DNA of 64,000 nt from the human T2T-CHM13v2.0 reference genome, Homo sapiens. Made by a program: the position numbers and the translations under genes. The notes beneath the pieces were generated by a model. That model was not told the DNA's origin. It searched no databases and saw only the letters and a list, made by a program, of their open reading frames with translations. Shown here one piece after another: positions 1 through 13,719 of the stretch (position 1 is its first letter; every line of letters starts with the position of its first letter). The stretch lies in assembly GCF_009914755.1 (NCBI RefSeq), contig NC_060927.1, one strand, 5' to 3'.

Positions 1-1406
1 ATTAGAGTCTTAGGATGGTCATAACAAAGTACCATAGACCGAGTGGCTTAAAACAACAGAAATGCTGTTGGATCACTGTTCTGGAAGCCTGAAGTCCAAG
101 TTCGAGTTGCTGACAGGGCAATGGTCCCTCTGGTGTATATAGAGGAACCCTTCCTTGCCTCGAGTTGCTGACCGGGCAATGGTCCCTCTGGTGTATATAG
201 AGGAACCCTTCCTTGACTCGAGTTGCTGACAGGGCAATGGTCCCTCTGGTGTATATAGAGGAACCCTTCCTTGACTCGAGTTGCTGACAGGGCAATGGTC
301 CCTCTGGTGTATATAGAGGAACCCTTCCTTGCCTCGAGTTGCTGACAGGGCAATGGTCCCTCTGGTGTATATAGAGGAATCCTTCCTTGCCTCGAGTTGC
401 TGACAGGGCAATGGTCCCTCTGGTGTATATAGAGGAACCCTTCCTTGCCTCGAGTTGCTGACAGGGCAATGGTCCCTCTGGTGTATATAGAGGAACCCTT
501 CCTTGCCTCGAGTTGCTGACAGGGCAATGGTCCCTCTGGTGTATATAGAGGAACCCTTCCTTGCCTCGAGTTGCTGACAGGGCAATGGTCCCTCTGGTGT
601 ATATAGAGGAACCCTTCCTTGCCTCGAGTTGCTGACAGGGCAATGGTCCCTCTGGTGTATATAGAGGAACCCTTCCTTGACTCGAGTTGCTGACAGGGCA
701 ATGGTCCCTCTGGTGTATATAGAGGAACCCTTCCTTGACTCGAGTTGCTGACAGGGCAATGGTCCCTCTGGTGTATATAGAGGAATCCTTCCTTGCCTCG
801 AGTTGCTGACAGGGCAATGGTCCCTCTGGTGTATATAGAGGAACCCTTCCTTGCCTCGAGTTGCTGACAGGGCAATGGTCCCTCTGGTGTATATAGAGGA
901 ACCCTTCCTTGACTCGAGTTGCTGACAGGGCAATGGTCCCTCTGGTGTATATAGAGGAACCCTTCCTTGACTCGAGTTGCTGACAGGGCAATGGTCCCTC
1001 TGGTGTATATAGAGGAACCCTTCCTTGCCTCGAGTTGCTGACAGGGCAATGGTCCCTCTGGTGTATATAGAGGAACCCTTCCTTGCCTCTTCACAGCTTT
1101 TGGCAGTTTTCTGCACACCTTTGCTGTCCCTTGAAGCTGCAAAATCCAGCCTCTTCGTTGCCACATTGTTCCTTCCTTGTGTGTATATTGGTCTTCTCAT
1201 GGCCACTTCTTACAAAGACACCAGTCGCATTGGATTAGGAACCCTCCTTACTCTGGTATGACCTCATATTAACCACTTACATCCACAACAACCTTTTCTA
1301 CAAATAAGGTCACACTTTGTAATACTGAAGGTTAGGAAACACTGGGTGTTTGGACTTCAGTATATCTTTTTGTTGTTGTTGGGGGGATACAATTCAACTG
1401 ATAATA
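1..1406 (-). mobile_element. MLT1 (MaLR, MLT1B/C-like) LTR interrupted by an internal VNTR
   Basis: Matches remembered MLT1 motifs 'ataacaaagtacca..gtggcttaaaacaacagaaat', 'aagacaccagtcgcattggattagg' and the terminus 'gggggatacaattcaac'. Confidence 0.85.
103..1088. repeat. VNTR, 17 copies of a 58-bp unit
   Basis: Unit cgagttgctgacagggcaatggtccctctggtgtatatagaggaacccttccttg(c/a)ct starts at 103, 161, ... 1031; only three variable positions. Confidence 0.98.
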
Positions 1407-2412
1407 CTGTGGGGCTAATATAACTCACATTTTACAGATGAAGAAATTTGTGCATATTGAGTCATTTACATAGTATCACAAGTAACAGAGCCAGGATTTA
1501 AACAGATTCCATCTACCACTGAAAAACCACACACAGACCAGTTATTCACCTCACTACTTCCTGCAGCCGATAACTGTTTTCCATTGCCTGAATAGGGTAT
1601 AACTGCCAAAAATAAGAACAAGAAAAATGTATGAAACAAGAGGACTTTCATAGCAAAAGAGACAGCCACTGTATAGAACCCAGCACACTGCATTTTTCAG
1701 AACAAAATAATAGATATTTTAAAATGAATTTGTTAGCCAAATAGAAAGTAAAGTCTGGGGCAAATATCTCTACCACATAGATAATCCACTGATGACTTAC
1801 AGTTCAGTTGGACATATAAAATATGATAGAACTTTTCAATAATTATCCTTAAACTCTAGAAGAACTTTGAGGAGTCCTTGTTCATATTGCTTTTCTGAAT
1901 ATAATTAATAAGATTATTAAGATCAGTCTGCAGCAGTTTCCTTGTAGATGGAAAAGTTAATTCTCAGTTCAGGGTATAAACGAGAAAGAACATAATTACT
2001 ATTATTGGACTAATTTTCCTAATAAAGTTAGGCTTGCTAGCCCTTAGTACACCATTGTTAATTTATACACATGTTGATGAAAGGCAAGATAAGTAAAGTC
2101 TAGTGAGTTTGGAATAGTTTAGAGGTCCCCCTCAACTTTTAGGTATGTGAAGGGGATTTTTAATGAATGCTTTTAAGTTAACAAGGAAAAGAAGGGACTG
2201 AATGATCAGTTTTTTGTATTAGGTGGTCTGTTTCCCACTGAAAAAGTTGTTATGTGGCTAAAGAGCCTGGTTTAAATAAAAACAAACAGACAAATTTATG
2301 CAGAAAGTTAACGAAGACTAAAAACCCCAGTGCCCATTGTGCTGGGACAGCAGATGCCATCAGCAGATGCACTGGAGTTTACTCCAGTTCTTTACTGAGC
2401 CCAACTATATAA

Positions 2413-2865
<453 letters not shown>

Positions 2866-3814
2866 TAAAATCCATTTCTTACCCCTAACATGCTGTGCTA
2901 GAAATAAAAAAGCAACTCTGAGGCCCTAATCAGATTCCGTAGTCTACCAATTCGATCTGTCATCTTCAGAACTCTACACTAAACTTCTCCAACATATAAT
3001 CACAGAAACAACACAATAGTTACAACAGCATGAATGTTTTCTATATCATTTCAAGTCTTCCACACCATAAAGTCACTAAGAATAGGAAATTCATATTTAC
3101 TTATACTTGCCCATTCTCATTTCTAATAGAAAAATAATATAGCAAAATGATTTGAATGCCTACACTTTCACAATACTCACTGACTTATTTGTAATATGAA
3201 ACAAAACAAATAAAAACTAACCTAGTGACCCATTCATATATGCATGCTTTCTAAAAGGTTTTGTTTTTGTTTTTAATGATTCTCATTTGCTTACCACATC
3301 AGTGTTGCAATGTTAGTCATCTGGAATTCTAGAAATTGGGGGAAGGAAAAATTAGAACACCTACCAAGTTAAGCTAATAGAATAGTATTTTGTAATAGAA
3401 ACCTAAAGGTACATAGAAGATAGATACGGTTTTATCAAAATAAACTACCAAAACTATACTAAGGATAGGGATGGAGAAAGGAACGAAATCAAGCTTTCAA
3501 ATGACTCTGGAGAGGGTGGTTGGAAAAGGCTGAAAATCATTCAGTAACATTTCTGAACATATATATTCATACAGAGGAAATAAAGAAAGTAACCCTCTAA
3601 GATAAAAGAAGCTAGGAGTGTTAACTGCTATAAATATGTGAAGAGAAAGAAACATCAAGAAAAGAAGAATTTTTAAAAATTTCGTGGACTGGGAGGAGAA
3701 AGGGAGTTGATATTTAAAAAGACATTAGGTCCATGGAGGGTGCCCTCCAGATGTTCCCAAGTCTTGGGCATTCAGACTCTAATCCTTTGTATGATGCATA
3801 GGAATAAATTAGCC

Positions 3815-3985
3815 AGCCTCTTGTTACCCACAGTGTGATTTGTAAAGCATCAGCTTCAAGGTTATCCTGGAGCTTGATAGAAATAGAGACCTGGCGGTGT
3901 CACTCCCTGCTTAACAAATGAGAATCCACATTTTCAGAAGACCCCAGGTGATTCCTATGCACATCAAACTGTGAAGAGCACTGAG
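3815..3985. mobile_element. MER5-like hAT-Charlie DNA transposon remnant
   Basis: 'ccccaggtgattcctatgcacatcaaactgtgaagagcactg' resembles the MER5 terminus. Confidence 0.6.
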
Positions 3986-5147
3986 CCAGACTACAGAGTG
4001 CAAAGCCCTGTTCTAAGCCACAGTGATGCTGACTCTCCTCACCATTTTCTCTCTCAAGGTCCTGACTGTGGGCAAAATATAGAATCTTAGAGCCTGGATT
4101 ATAGCAGTTTTACACAAGCAGCACACTGATGGAAGCAGCTACAGAGGAAAAGAGAACTGGCAGCTCTTGAACTTTCACCCTCTTTCAGAATTCTTAAAAA
4201 TTCAGAGAGCTGTTCTTTAAAGAGACATTTTTCTCTCAGCAGTTGAATCTTTGTAGTCTGACTTGTGAGAGGACGTCAAAGACTTCCTCTCAGGAGTCAG
4301 TTCCCTGCCATTGCACCCAGCTCCTTGCCTAGCCTTCTTCCACATCTCCTTTATCACAGGGGCCTCAAAACTATAGATGGCAGTGACTTGGCACGGACCA
4401 TACAATTCTAAAAGGAAGTCAACTTAGTGTTATACTTCCACATGGAATCTGCGTTTCTAAAGTAGAGGATAGCATTGAATATACCAAGAAGTTTCTTCCC
4501 AGAAACAAAACCCCGTTCTGGATATAGTGTTAAGAGGAAGCTGTTCCTGTTTCATGAGGTCGTAATACTCAGATCGGTGTGCTGTCATCAGCCCTGTTGA
4601 ATACATTTCCAAATCCTTTAGGCTTTTGTCTTTTGCCATACTCTAGAAAGTAAAAACTATAATCAAACTCATTTTCTTCGCCCCTTTACGTGAATTAATG
4701 TTATAATCAATTGAACTGCATGGACATGCCAGTATCTATTTTCAATCTGTGTAGGCAGAATGAAGAAAGCATAATTGAGCGGTGCTCATCTTTTAAAGGC
4801 AAAATGAAGTTTTCAGTTTGGAATTGATTAGTTGTTAGGGGATTAAGACCTTTGAGGTAATTCCCTGCAGCTGGGGCAGTTAGACGGCAGGGGATTTGAG
4901 TTTCCGCCTTGTAAACAAATCTTTAAAGTGGATTTGCTATTTCTGTGGGGAGGGGAGCCTCTGTGGAATTTGGTAGTTGGCAAGATTTGGCAATTTTCTG
5001 CTTGGGAAGAAAACAAGATGGGTCTCAAATCTAAGTCCTCTTTTTCTCAGATCAACATCACCTTTTGAAAAATAAATTGATTCTTTGGCCTTAATGACTA
5101 CTAAAGGAAATTAAAAACAAACAAACAAAACAGAAGAAAAATGATTA

Positions 5148-5494
<347 letters not shown>

Positions 5495-5589
5495 TTAATG
5501 TTATTTAGGACAGTAAAAGCAGATGTAGTCACAGAAAGACAATGTGCAGATGATTATATGGAAAGAAGAATGTGAAACCTTCAGATCTC

Positions 5590-6760
5590 TTTAAAATTTT
5601 ATAATAGCTTTGTATTTTCAAATAAATTGCAAAGAGTTTCTATACTTGTATCTAGTTTCCCCTATTAACATTGTACATTAGTGTTGTGTAGTGTTTTAAT
5701 TAATGAAACAATAGTGATACCATTGATTACGATTTCATGAAGTCTGTAGTTCATTTAGAGTCCTTTAGTTTTTAAGAAGTGTCCTTTCTCTGTTCCAGGA
5801 TCTCATCCAGGATACCACATTACATTTAGCAGTCATGTCTCTTTAGTCGTCTCTTTACTGTGAGTATTTCTCACACTTCTCTTGTTTTTGATGATTTTGA
5901 CAGTTTGGATGAGAATTGGTTAGGTATTTTGTAATCTACACATCAACTGAGGCTTGATTGATGTTTTTCTTTAAAATATTTTTCCCATTTGTATACATGT
6001 GTGGTATACAAGTGCAATTTTGTTACATGCATATATTGCACAGTGGTTAACTCAGGGCTTTAGGGTATCCATCACTTAAATGATGTACAGTGTACATTGA
6101 AGTAATTTCTCATTTACCCCCCCAACCCCCTCACCCTTGTGGGTCTCCATTGTCTATTATCCACTCTACATCCATGTCTACACGTTTTATAACACCCACT
6201 TATGAGCAAGAACATGCAATATTTGACTTTTTGTGCCTGGTGATGTTTTCCTTTTGATTAAACTGGGACACACATTTATGGGAGGAAGACCAGACAGATA
6301 AAGTGGCATTCTTATCACATCATCTCAAGGGCATACGCCATTGACATGACTTATTGCTGTTGATGTTGACCATGGACACTGGGCTGAAGTAGTGTTTTTC
6401 AGGTATGCCACTGTGAAATTATATTCCCCTGTTTACAATACTGTATACTTTAGACATAGGTTATTATGTACAACCCACACTTAAAAAGTGGGGAGTTATC
6501 TTCCACCTCCTTGAGGGAGTGAAGTAGTATCTACATAAATTATTTCATATTCTTATACAAAGGGTATTTGTTTATTTCATTTATTTATATACTTGTCTTG
6601 ATACAATGTAAATGAATCACTACTTATTTATATTATTATAAACATATAAATATCTATAGTATAGTTTGGGTTACAATCCAATACTTATTTTGTTACTCAC
6701 ATTGTTCTTGCTTTGACCACTGGGAGATCTTTCAGTTGGTTCTTGTAATACACCATTTTT
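5590..6760 (-). mobile_element. Old L1M (L1MB/MC-like) 3' fragment, split by a younger L1
   Basis: L1M 3'UTR-like motifs 'ttctctgttccaggatctcatccaggataccacattacatttagcagtcatgtctc'. Confidence 0.7.
5973..6240 (-). mobile_element. L1 (L1PB/L1MA-like) 3' end insertion
   Basis: L1 3'UTR 'gtgcaattttgttacatgcatatattgc'; TSD tgatgtttt(t/c)cttt at 5959-5972 and 6241-6254. Confidence 0.8.
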
Positions 6761-6772
6761 AAAAGCAAAATG

Positions 6773-6945
6773 GAGCTAAGTGTGGTGGCGCATGCCTGTA
6801 GTCCTAGATACTAGGGAGGCTAAGGTGAGAGGATCGCCTGAGCCCAGAAATTTGAGACTGCTTTGAGAGCTATGATCACATCACTGCACTCCAATCTGGG
6901 TGATAGAGCAAGACCCTGCCCCAGCTAAAATGAAAACAAAAAACA
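6773..6945 (+). mobile_element. Alu monomer (FRAM/FAM-like)
   Basis: Single right-arm-like Alu monomer with an A-rich tail. Confidence 0.8.
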
Positions 6946-7877
6946 ATAACAATGCTACATGGGAAGTGAGCATGACAATGTGGTATTTTATAATTATATC
7001 CAAAGATTAGTAAGCATGATTCATGGAGAAGTGGCTAAATCTAAGCATTGTTTTCCCATGAGATTGCTGTTGGAAAAGCAATAGAAAAAAAAAAACAAAA
7101 AACAAAGAATTGAGTGAGTCAAGAGATAGGAAGTCTTTCAGTTACCTTAGAGTCACGTTAGGTATGTAGAGAAGCAGTTCAGATTAACAAAGTTCAAAAG
7201 ATCCCACCGTCAGATCTGTATAACAAGCTTTGCACACGAAAGAGCTAGAGTATCTGTGACTCTGATGTAAGAAGGTATTAACCCAGTGGAAAATAAAAAC
7301 AAAATTAAAAATGCCTAGGTAGACTCATTTATGGTTTTATAGTATCCCTACTGGGGCACAGATGGGAAGGGAGAAACTGTTTTTAAATAAAATGATCAGA
7401 AACTTAGACTGTGACATTAATTTGTTGGTTCAGTGTTTTAATTTGGAGGTAAATTATACTAAACAGTATTATGACATTTTCTGTAGAAAGTCTTCTACGT
7501 GTATTGAGTCACTGCCTGTTATATTGGTTTAATCAGCAAGTCATTTTTGCTGAATCTCTTAGTCTCCACTAATATTGTCTTGAAGGTGTAAATGGCATGC
7601 AGGTTGCCTAAATAAAGCTACAACATTCTGTAAGGCATTTTGTGAATGAACTACTTTTGCAGATGGTACAGGTGTTCACCCCTGTAAACTCACAATTATT
7701 TTAGAAGTGATGTACAGGTTGTCAATTGTCCCCATCTGCCTCATTCCCCACATGCATTGTCACCTTTGTGTCAATCCAGATCTCATTAGCTCTTTGTAGA
7801 CAAAGATAGAATGGTAGATAATATATAAGTAAATGTGGCTGTGTTTTTGCTCTTCAAGAGAATGCACAAGAGACTCA

Positions 7878-7980
7878 CTCTTAATTCTTACTATTTCATG
7901 TATGTGCAGCCTCTTAATGCTTACTATTTCATGTGTGTGCAGCTTCTTAATGCTTACTATTTCATGTGTGTGCAGCCTCT
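7878..7980. repeat. 33-bp tandem repeat, about 3 copies
   Basis: ctcttaat(t/g)cttactatttcatgt(a/g)tgtgcagc at 7878, 7911 and 7944. Confidence 0.93.
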
Positions 7981-8580
7981 ACAACTACAGTGCATCTCTA
8001 TTGTTTGTACAGTGACAATAATGGTAAGAATAATAACTTAGTACATACCATACTGCAGAAACTGTTTAAATTACATCCAATGTGCCCATTTAATCATCAC
8101 TTTAAAATAGTAACTCCTACTCAGTAGCAATGTGCAGTTTATAGATATCTTTCACATTTGAAGATATGAATCTCAGTGTACATATATTGGTATGCAAAAA
8201 AATCAGTTATATACATGTTTAGACCACTTATATTTTAATCCCACCAAGCATATGGAAAGCTTAACCTTATGGGTGTGTGTGTGTGTGGGTGTGTGTGTGC
8301 AGGGGTTCTCTAAACTTAAAACCTGTTGTGGATGCACATGAAATTATATACAGTGCCAAGAAGGGGCACAGGCCCTGCTCAGTGAGTCATCTGACTGCAC
8401 GAGTTAATAGATATAACGTGAAGGGTCACAGTTCTCTATTTGGGTTTTTTTGTACAGCCTCTGTTTCTCTGTCTCTACAAAGCACGTAGCCTTTTTTTCA
8501 AGTCTCGATGCCTCTTTCACAGCTCAGCCCTGGGCCTGCTATCCTGTTTTCACTGCTTCCCTTCTTTTTTCTACATGACT

Positions 8581-8950
8581 TTTTATTTTACTTTAAGTTC
8601 TGGGATACATGTGCAGAACATGCAGGTTTGTTACATAGGTATACATGTGCAATGGTGATTTCCTGCATCCATCAACCCATCATCTATGTTTTAAGGCCCG
8701 CATGCCTTAGGTATTTGTCCTAATGCTCTCTCTCCCCTTGTTCCCCAACCCTCCAGCGGGCCCCAGTGTATGATGTTCCCCTCCCTATATCCATGTGCTC
8801 TCATTGTTCAACCACCACTTATGAGTGAGAAGATGCGGTGTTTGGTTTTCTATTCTTGTGTTAGTTTGCTGAGAATGATGGCTTCCAGCTTCATCCATGT
8901 CCCTGAAAAGGGTATGAACTCATTCTTTTTATGGCTGCTTAGTATTCCAC
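8581..8950 (-). mobile_element. 5'-truncated L1PA (L1PA7/8-like) 3'UTR
   Basis: 'ctttaagttctgggatacatgtgcagaac..'; TSD ctacatg(a/c)ct at 8571-8580 and 8951-8960. Confidence 0.9.
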
Positions 8951-9597
8951 CTACATGCCTATTTCTGAGTCAAGCACGTTGTTTATGCCCAGTGCATTTT
9001 CTTTATACACAGAGGCTGAGAAAGAACCAGGAAGCCTCTGACTGTTTCAAGTGTGTTCTCTGCTATATCTATCTACTGATTCAATAAGCACAAGCTCATT
9101 GAATGGAAAAGGGCAATATGCAAAGAGAGCAAAATGAGACATATATGTCAAAGGAAAGTTCCACTGCAAATGTCTTTATTTGATGTACACAGAGGGATTT
9201 GAATTAGGTCTAGGTTTTATGCCCACTTTACAGAAAAATTGAAACTTGATCAAACCTATAGAACCAGTAAATGTCAGGACCAGACCTGGAGACACACTCC
9301 CCTCGGTGCATATTTTATATCTTCTTCATTTTATCACCCCAAATCATTTACTCCTGAAGTAAATTCATTTAATATTTAACAAATGTTTACAAAAGTTGAC
9401 TATAGTAAAAGTATTATGTTAGCTGCTATGAAGTAGAAATATAATCACACGATTATCTTAATGAAGCATCTCTACTTTATAGAAGGGAAATTGAGATTCT
9501 GAATCATTAAGGTTTTAAGTGTCATCACAGGGATTGTTAGTGATAGAATACAGAGTTGAGTCTAGGGCTTATTAAACTGTATCTGTCACTCTATTCG

Positions 9598-9961
9598 TGT
9601 ATTAGTCTGTTCTCATGCTGCTAATAAAGACCTACCCAAGAATGAGTAATTTATAAAGGAAAGAGGTTTAATGGACTCATGGTTCCACATGGCTGGGGAG
9701 GCCTCATAATCATGGCAGAAGGCAAGGGAGAAGCAAAGTCACATCTTACATGGCAGCAGGCAAGAGAGCACATGCAGGGGAACTACCTTTTATAAAACCA
9801 TCAGATCTTGTGAGGCTTATCCACTATCACAAGAAAAGCATAGGAAAAACCCAACCCCATGATTCAATTACCTCTCACTGGGTCCCTCCCACGACATGAA
9901 GGAATTATGGGAGCTACAATTCAAGATGAGATTTGGGTGAGGACACAGCCAAACCATATCA
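9598..9961 (-). mobile_element. THE1 (MaLR) solo LTR
   Basis: tgtattagtctgttctcatgctgctaataaagac ... gacacagccaaaccatatca; 5-bp TSD attcg/attgg. Confidence 0.93.
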
Positions 9962-11496
9962 ATTGGCCTATTTCAGTTTGAGAACATACATCTGAATTTC
10001 AAGGAAATTTGACTACAATTGAAGAAATTGAGTATCATTACTGATTTCTAATGGATGTTGCTGTATGTAATATTTTCTATATGAGAGACAAGATGTAAGG
10101 ATGAAGATGAGGGACAAGTTCTTCATCTAGAAAGATCAAGGGTGCTGTCAAGGAAGAGTTGAATTTGATTCAGAACTGAAGAATATTTGGGCTTTCAACT
10201 AGCTCAGAGAAATTCTGTAGTCACTAGAAGATCCTTGCATTTGAGAGGGCAAATTTGAATATGTTCCACAAGTAAAATCAGAAATTGGGCTTTTTATTTT
10301 ACTAACCAGATTAATGCTCTATTCCAGAAATGCAAATAGGTTGTACTTTTATTTTAACATGGGGCTACTTTTGCCTACTATTTTGCTGGTTTTTGTTGTT
10401 TTATTGCAAAACCACAATTACTGTTACACAATGGAAGCTCCATCAGTGAAGATACTTTATCTACTTTCTTCACTGTTATATTATGGGGTAAAAAAGTGCT
10501 TTGCGTATGAGAACAAGTAATAATGAAACTGGTTACTTTTGGCAGAGTCTGCGTTATACATAGGCTCTTTTGTGAAGATCTAAATATGGTTATGTAATCA
10601 GTTGTTCAGACAAGAGAAACGTAGATTAATTGAATTAGATAATCCCAGTGGTCTCTCAAAGATCAAACAATAAAACAAACTATTATCGTACCCCATTTGA
10701 AGTACTTTTGTATAACAACAGCGTTTTAACATGTTTATTTGGATTAAGATTATCAGCGACTTTGGAAGTCAATTAAGTGTGAAAGCGAAACATGGTATTT
10801 GACGACAGTACCAGCCCTGTATTGCTGCAAATACATTCTATAATAGCACTGGACGCATCATTCAGATTTTATGACAAGATGCAATAACCAGCTACCTGTG
10901 ATGATAAAATAGACTTTTTTCAAATAAGATTTCTAGCAACCTTTACTATGCATGTTTTCTTTGTTGTCTTGTAACATTAACCATGGACATCACATGGCAA
11001 GCATGATGAAGAGAATTTCTTTAGAATCGAGTTTTATAACAAAGAATGTATTCCAAAGTAAGGATTTATGTTGGTGGATAATTATGAGCCAGGCCGACTA
11101 CTATGAATAACTTACATCAGGGCTAGGGTTGGAGAAAATGAGGAGAGAGTAGTACAATTAAATGATCAATCATAACTAGTCTATTTGTTTATACAATAAT
11201 GAAAAATAGTAGTTTCTATTGGACTGAAATGTTTCAGGTAAAATTGATGTTATATCAAATTAATTAAATAATAAATGTAATTGCCTTAAATCAATGCATG
11301 CTTAGGATTAATACTGATTAAAAATCTAAGGATGCAAAAAGATTTATAACAAAATGACAGTAACAGTGGTCTTTCCTCAATCTCTTTTTCTCCCAAAAGC
11401 AAAATCTGTTTATAATTTTAATTTTTATGAGAGCTACTTATATAAAAATGTAGACAAGAAGAAATTATTTTTTCTACTTGTGCATCTGAAAGTATC

Positions 11497-11632
11497 TTTT
11501 CTTTTCTTTCCTTCCTTCCTTCCTTTCTTCCTTCCTTCCTTCTTCTTTCCCTCCCTCCCTCATTCCTTTCTTCCTTCCCGCCTTTCTTCCTTCCTTCTTT
11601 CCCTCTTTTCTCTTTCACTTCCTTCTTCTCTT
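11497..11632. repeat. Polypyrimidine (CTTC/CTTT) low-complexity tract
   Basis: Run of cttc/ttcc/cttt units. Confidence 0.85.
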
Positions 11633-11639
11633 ATCACTC

Positions 11640-12800
11640 CTCCCAAATTTAAAATCATCTGTCCATTGTCTTTGTCATCCAGTATAGATAATAAGGAATC
11701 TGATGGTCTTCTCATTAATAGTGAACTTGCTGTTTTTCTCTCAAAAATGAGAAAGCTTTTGGGAGCTTCTTTTTATCTTAAGTGTTCTGAAATTTCAAGA
11801 CAGTATGCCTGGGTTCTTTTTAAATTCCTTTTGCTGGATACTCAGGTTTCAAATCAGAAGGTTTATGTCCTTCTTCATTTCTGCAAAATTATCTTCAATT
11901 ATTTCTTGTACTATCTAATCTTCATCTGTGTTCTTACTGAGATACCGAATCATCTGAATTTGTTCCTTTTTTGTATTTTTTTCTTTCTTCATATTTTATA
12001 AGAATTATTCAGCTTTATTTTAAAGTCCTATTTTTATTCTCTAAGTGACTATTCTTGTATTTAACTTTTTATAGCATGGTCTACATTTTAATGGTTGTCA
12101 TATATTTTTGAATGTTTATTTACAGAGCATCACTTTTAAAATTGTTTTCTTTCCATAAATTGGGTCTGTTTGTTTTGGAACAAGCTTTTCCATGTATTTT
12201 TCTTTTTCACTCTCTTTAGTGATCTCCAGCTGTCAATTCATGTTGTAGAAGGACAGTGATGTTGGTCACAGATTCCCCAAATGCTAAGGTTAGGTGAGAA
12301 CCAGCATACTCATCAAAGATCTTCATTTTCCCCAAAGACAAAATGCAGTGCTTTTAGAAAAAAATTAATTACTTTTGGGATGTTATTTCCCTCATGATAA
12401 ACATGGTTGCCATTTACACTCTCTACTGCTTTGAGAGAGAAATTTCTGTCAAGCTGTGAAATTGGTCCACACACAGCACTTCAATTAATTTCAGTTTTTG
12501 ACCCTCATTGTCTTCTCAAAACGATCAGCACCTTCTCAATCTGAAGTCACAGGATGGCAGAGGTTCTGCTTAGCAGACTCTCCCACTTTGAATTGCAGTG
12601 TTTTGTTTTACCTCTTTCATCTATTTTCCAATTTTTAGAAATTTGTTGACTTTTTTTGTAAACTTTTTTTGCATTTGCACTTCTACATTTATTTATATTA
12701 TTACTTTTACTTCTGTGGGATCTCAGTAATGAAGCAAACATATATGCCTAGGTTACCATATTGAATTCAACATAGAGAGTATGATTTTTTAAGTAAATCC
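11640..12800 (-). mobile_element. Highly decayed old L1 (L1ME-like) fragments
   Basis: T-rich antisense L1 ORF1-like sequence ('ttcttcatttctgcaaaattatcttcaattatttctt'). Confidence 0.45.
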
Positions 12801-13099
12801 TGAAAGAAAACTTTCTATAAATCTACAAATCCTCTTGAAATTTTCTTTTTATATTTATTTGCAAATTTTTAATTTCTTGTATTTCGTAAACTGAGAATTT
12901 TAGATACTTTTACATTTGTAGCATCAAAAATAATTTTTTAAAATGATGACATACTTAGAGTCAATCTATTGGGATTGAGTGTATTTTTAAAATTAGAATT
13001 GTTAAAATAGTATTTGACATTTGCTTTGCTTCTGGTACTGGTAGGCTAGTTTGCTGCAGACCAACTTTCACACCAAAAATCTCTAGAAAAAAAGACACA

Positions 13100-13712
13100 A
13101 ACTTCTTATCTCAAAATATCCATGTTTCAGCAGAGGTTAGCTGAGTTTTGCTGTATTCAGGGTGTCATTGGGACTGCGATCTCGTCTGAAGCTTGAGGTC
13201 CTCTCCTACACATGTTCAGGTTATCATTCCTTGTGGCTACAGGACTGACCAAAGTTGTTTCCTTTCTGGCTCTTGGCCGGAGGATATGTCAAGCTTCTAA
13301 ATTATGCTCACAATCCCATGCCAAGTGTCCTCCATCATAGGACTTCTCACAACATAGAAGACTGCTTTGTCTTCAAGACGAACAGAAGAGCATCTTTCTC
13401 ACATTAAATCTGACTTATCTTGTCCCTAACCTCTTGACAGCATTTAATAAAAGCTAAATTCGTTAGATCAGACTCACACTGACCTAAACATAAGATTAAT
13501 AAGGATCAGCTTTCTATTGGTTAATTTAAAGTCAAGTGAGTAAGATGCTAATTACATCTGTAAACCGCTTTGCTATATAAAATAACAATCTTGGCAGTAA
13601 TATCCCCTCATATTCACAGTTTCCTCTTACACTCAAGGGGAGATGATTATGCAGGGTTTATGCACATGGAACCAGACATCTTGGGAGTCATCTTAGAATT
13701 CTGCCTACCATG
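13100..13712 (-). mobile_element. MLT1 (MLT1E/F-like) LTR
   Basis: Ends 'ctcaaggggagatgattatgcaggg...cttgggagtcatcttagaattctgcctacca'. Confidence 0.7.
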
Positions 13713-13719
13713 AAGTCTA

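Noticed and set aside
103-1088. CRISPR-like array
   Set aside because: Units are contiguous with no unique spacers; eukaryotic context and no cas genes.
2-1206. Three overlapping 329-377 aa minus-strand ORFs with a 58-aa repeat
   Set aside because: The 58-bp unit has no tta/cta/tca on the plus strand, so all minus frames stay open. This is a VNTR artefact inside an LTR with no gene context.
10444-10475. Hairpin cagtgaaga...tcttcactg
   Set aside because: Only a 9-bp stem; too short for a pre-miRNA and expected by chance in 64 kb.
10716-10802. Kinase-like 'IKIISDFGS' peptide in a plus frame
   Set aside because: Frame is bounded by stops within about 30 codons, lacks the HRD/catalytic-loop context and has weak splice sites; likely chance.
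11354-12001. 215-aa hydrophobic ORF
   Set aside because: Translation of a CT-rich low-complexity tract and antisense decayed L1.
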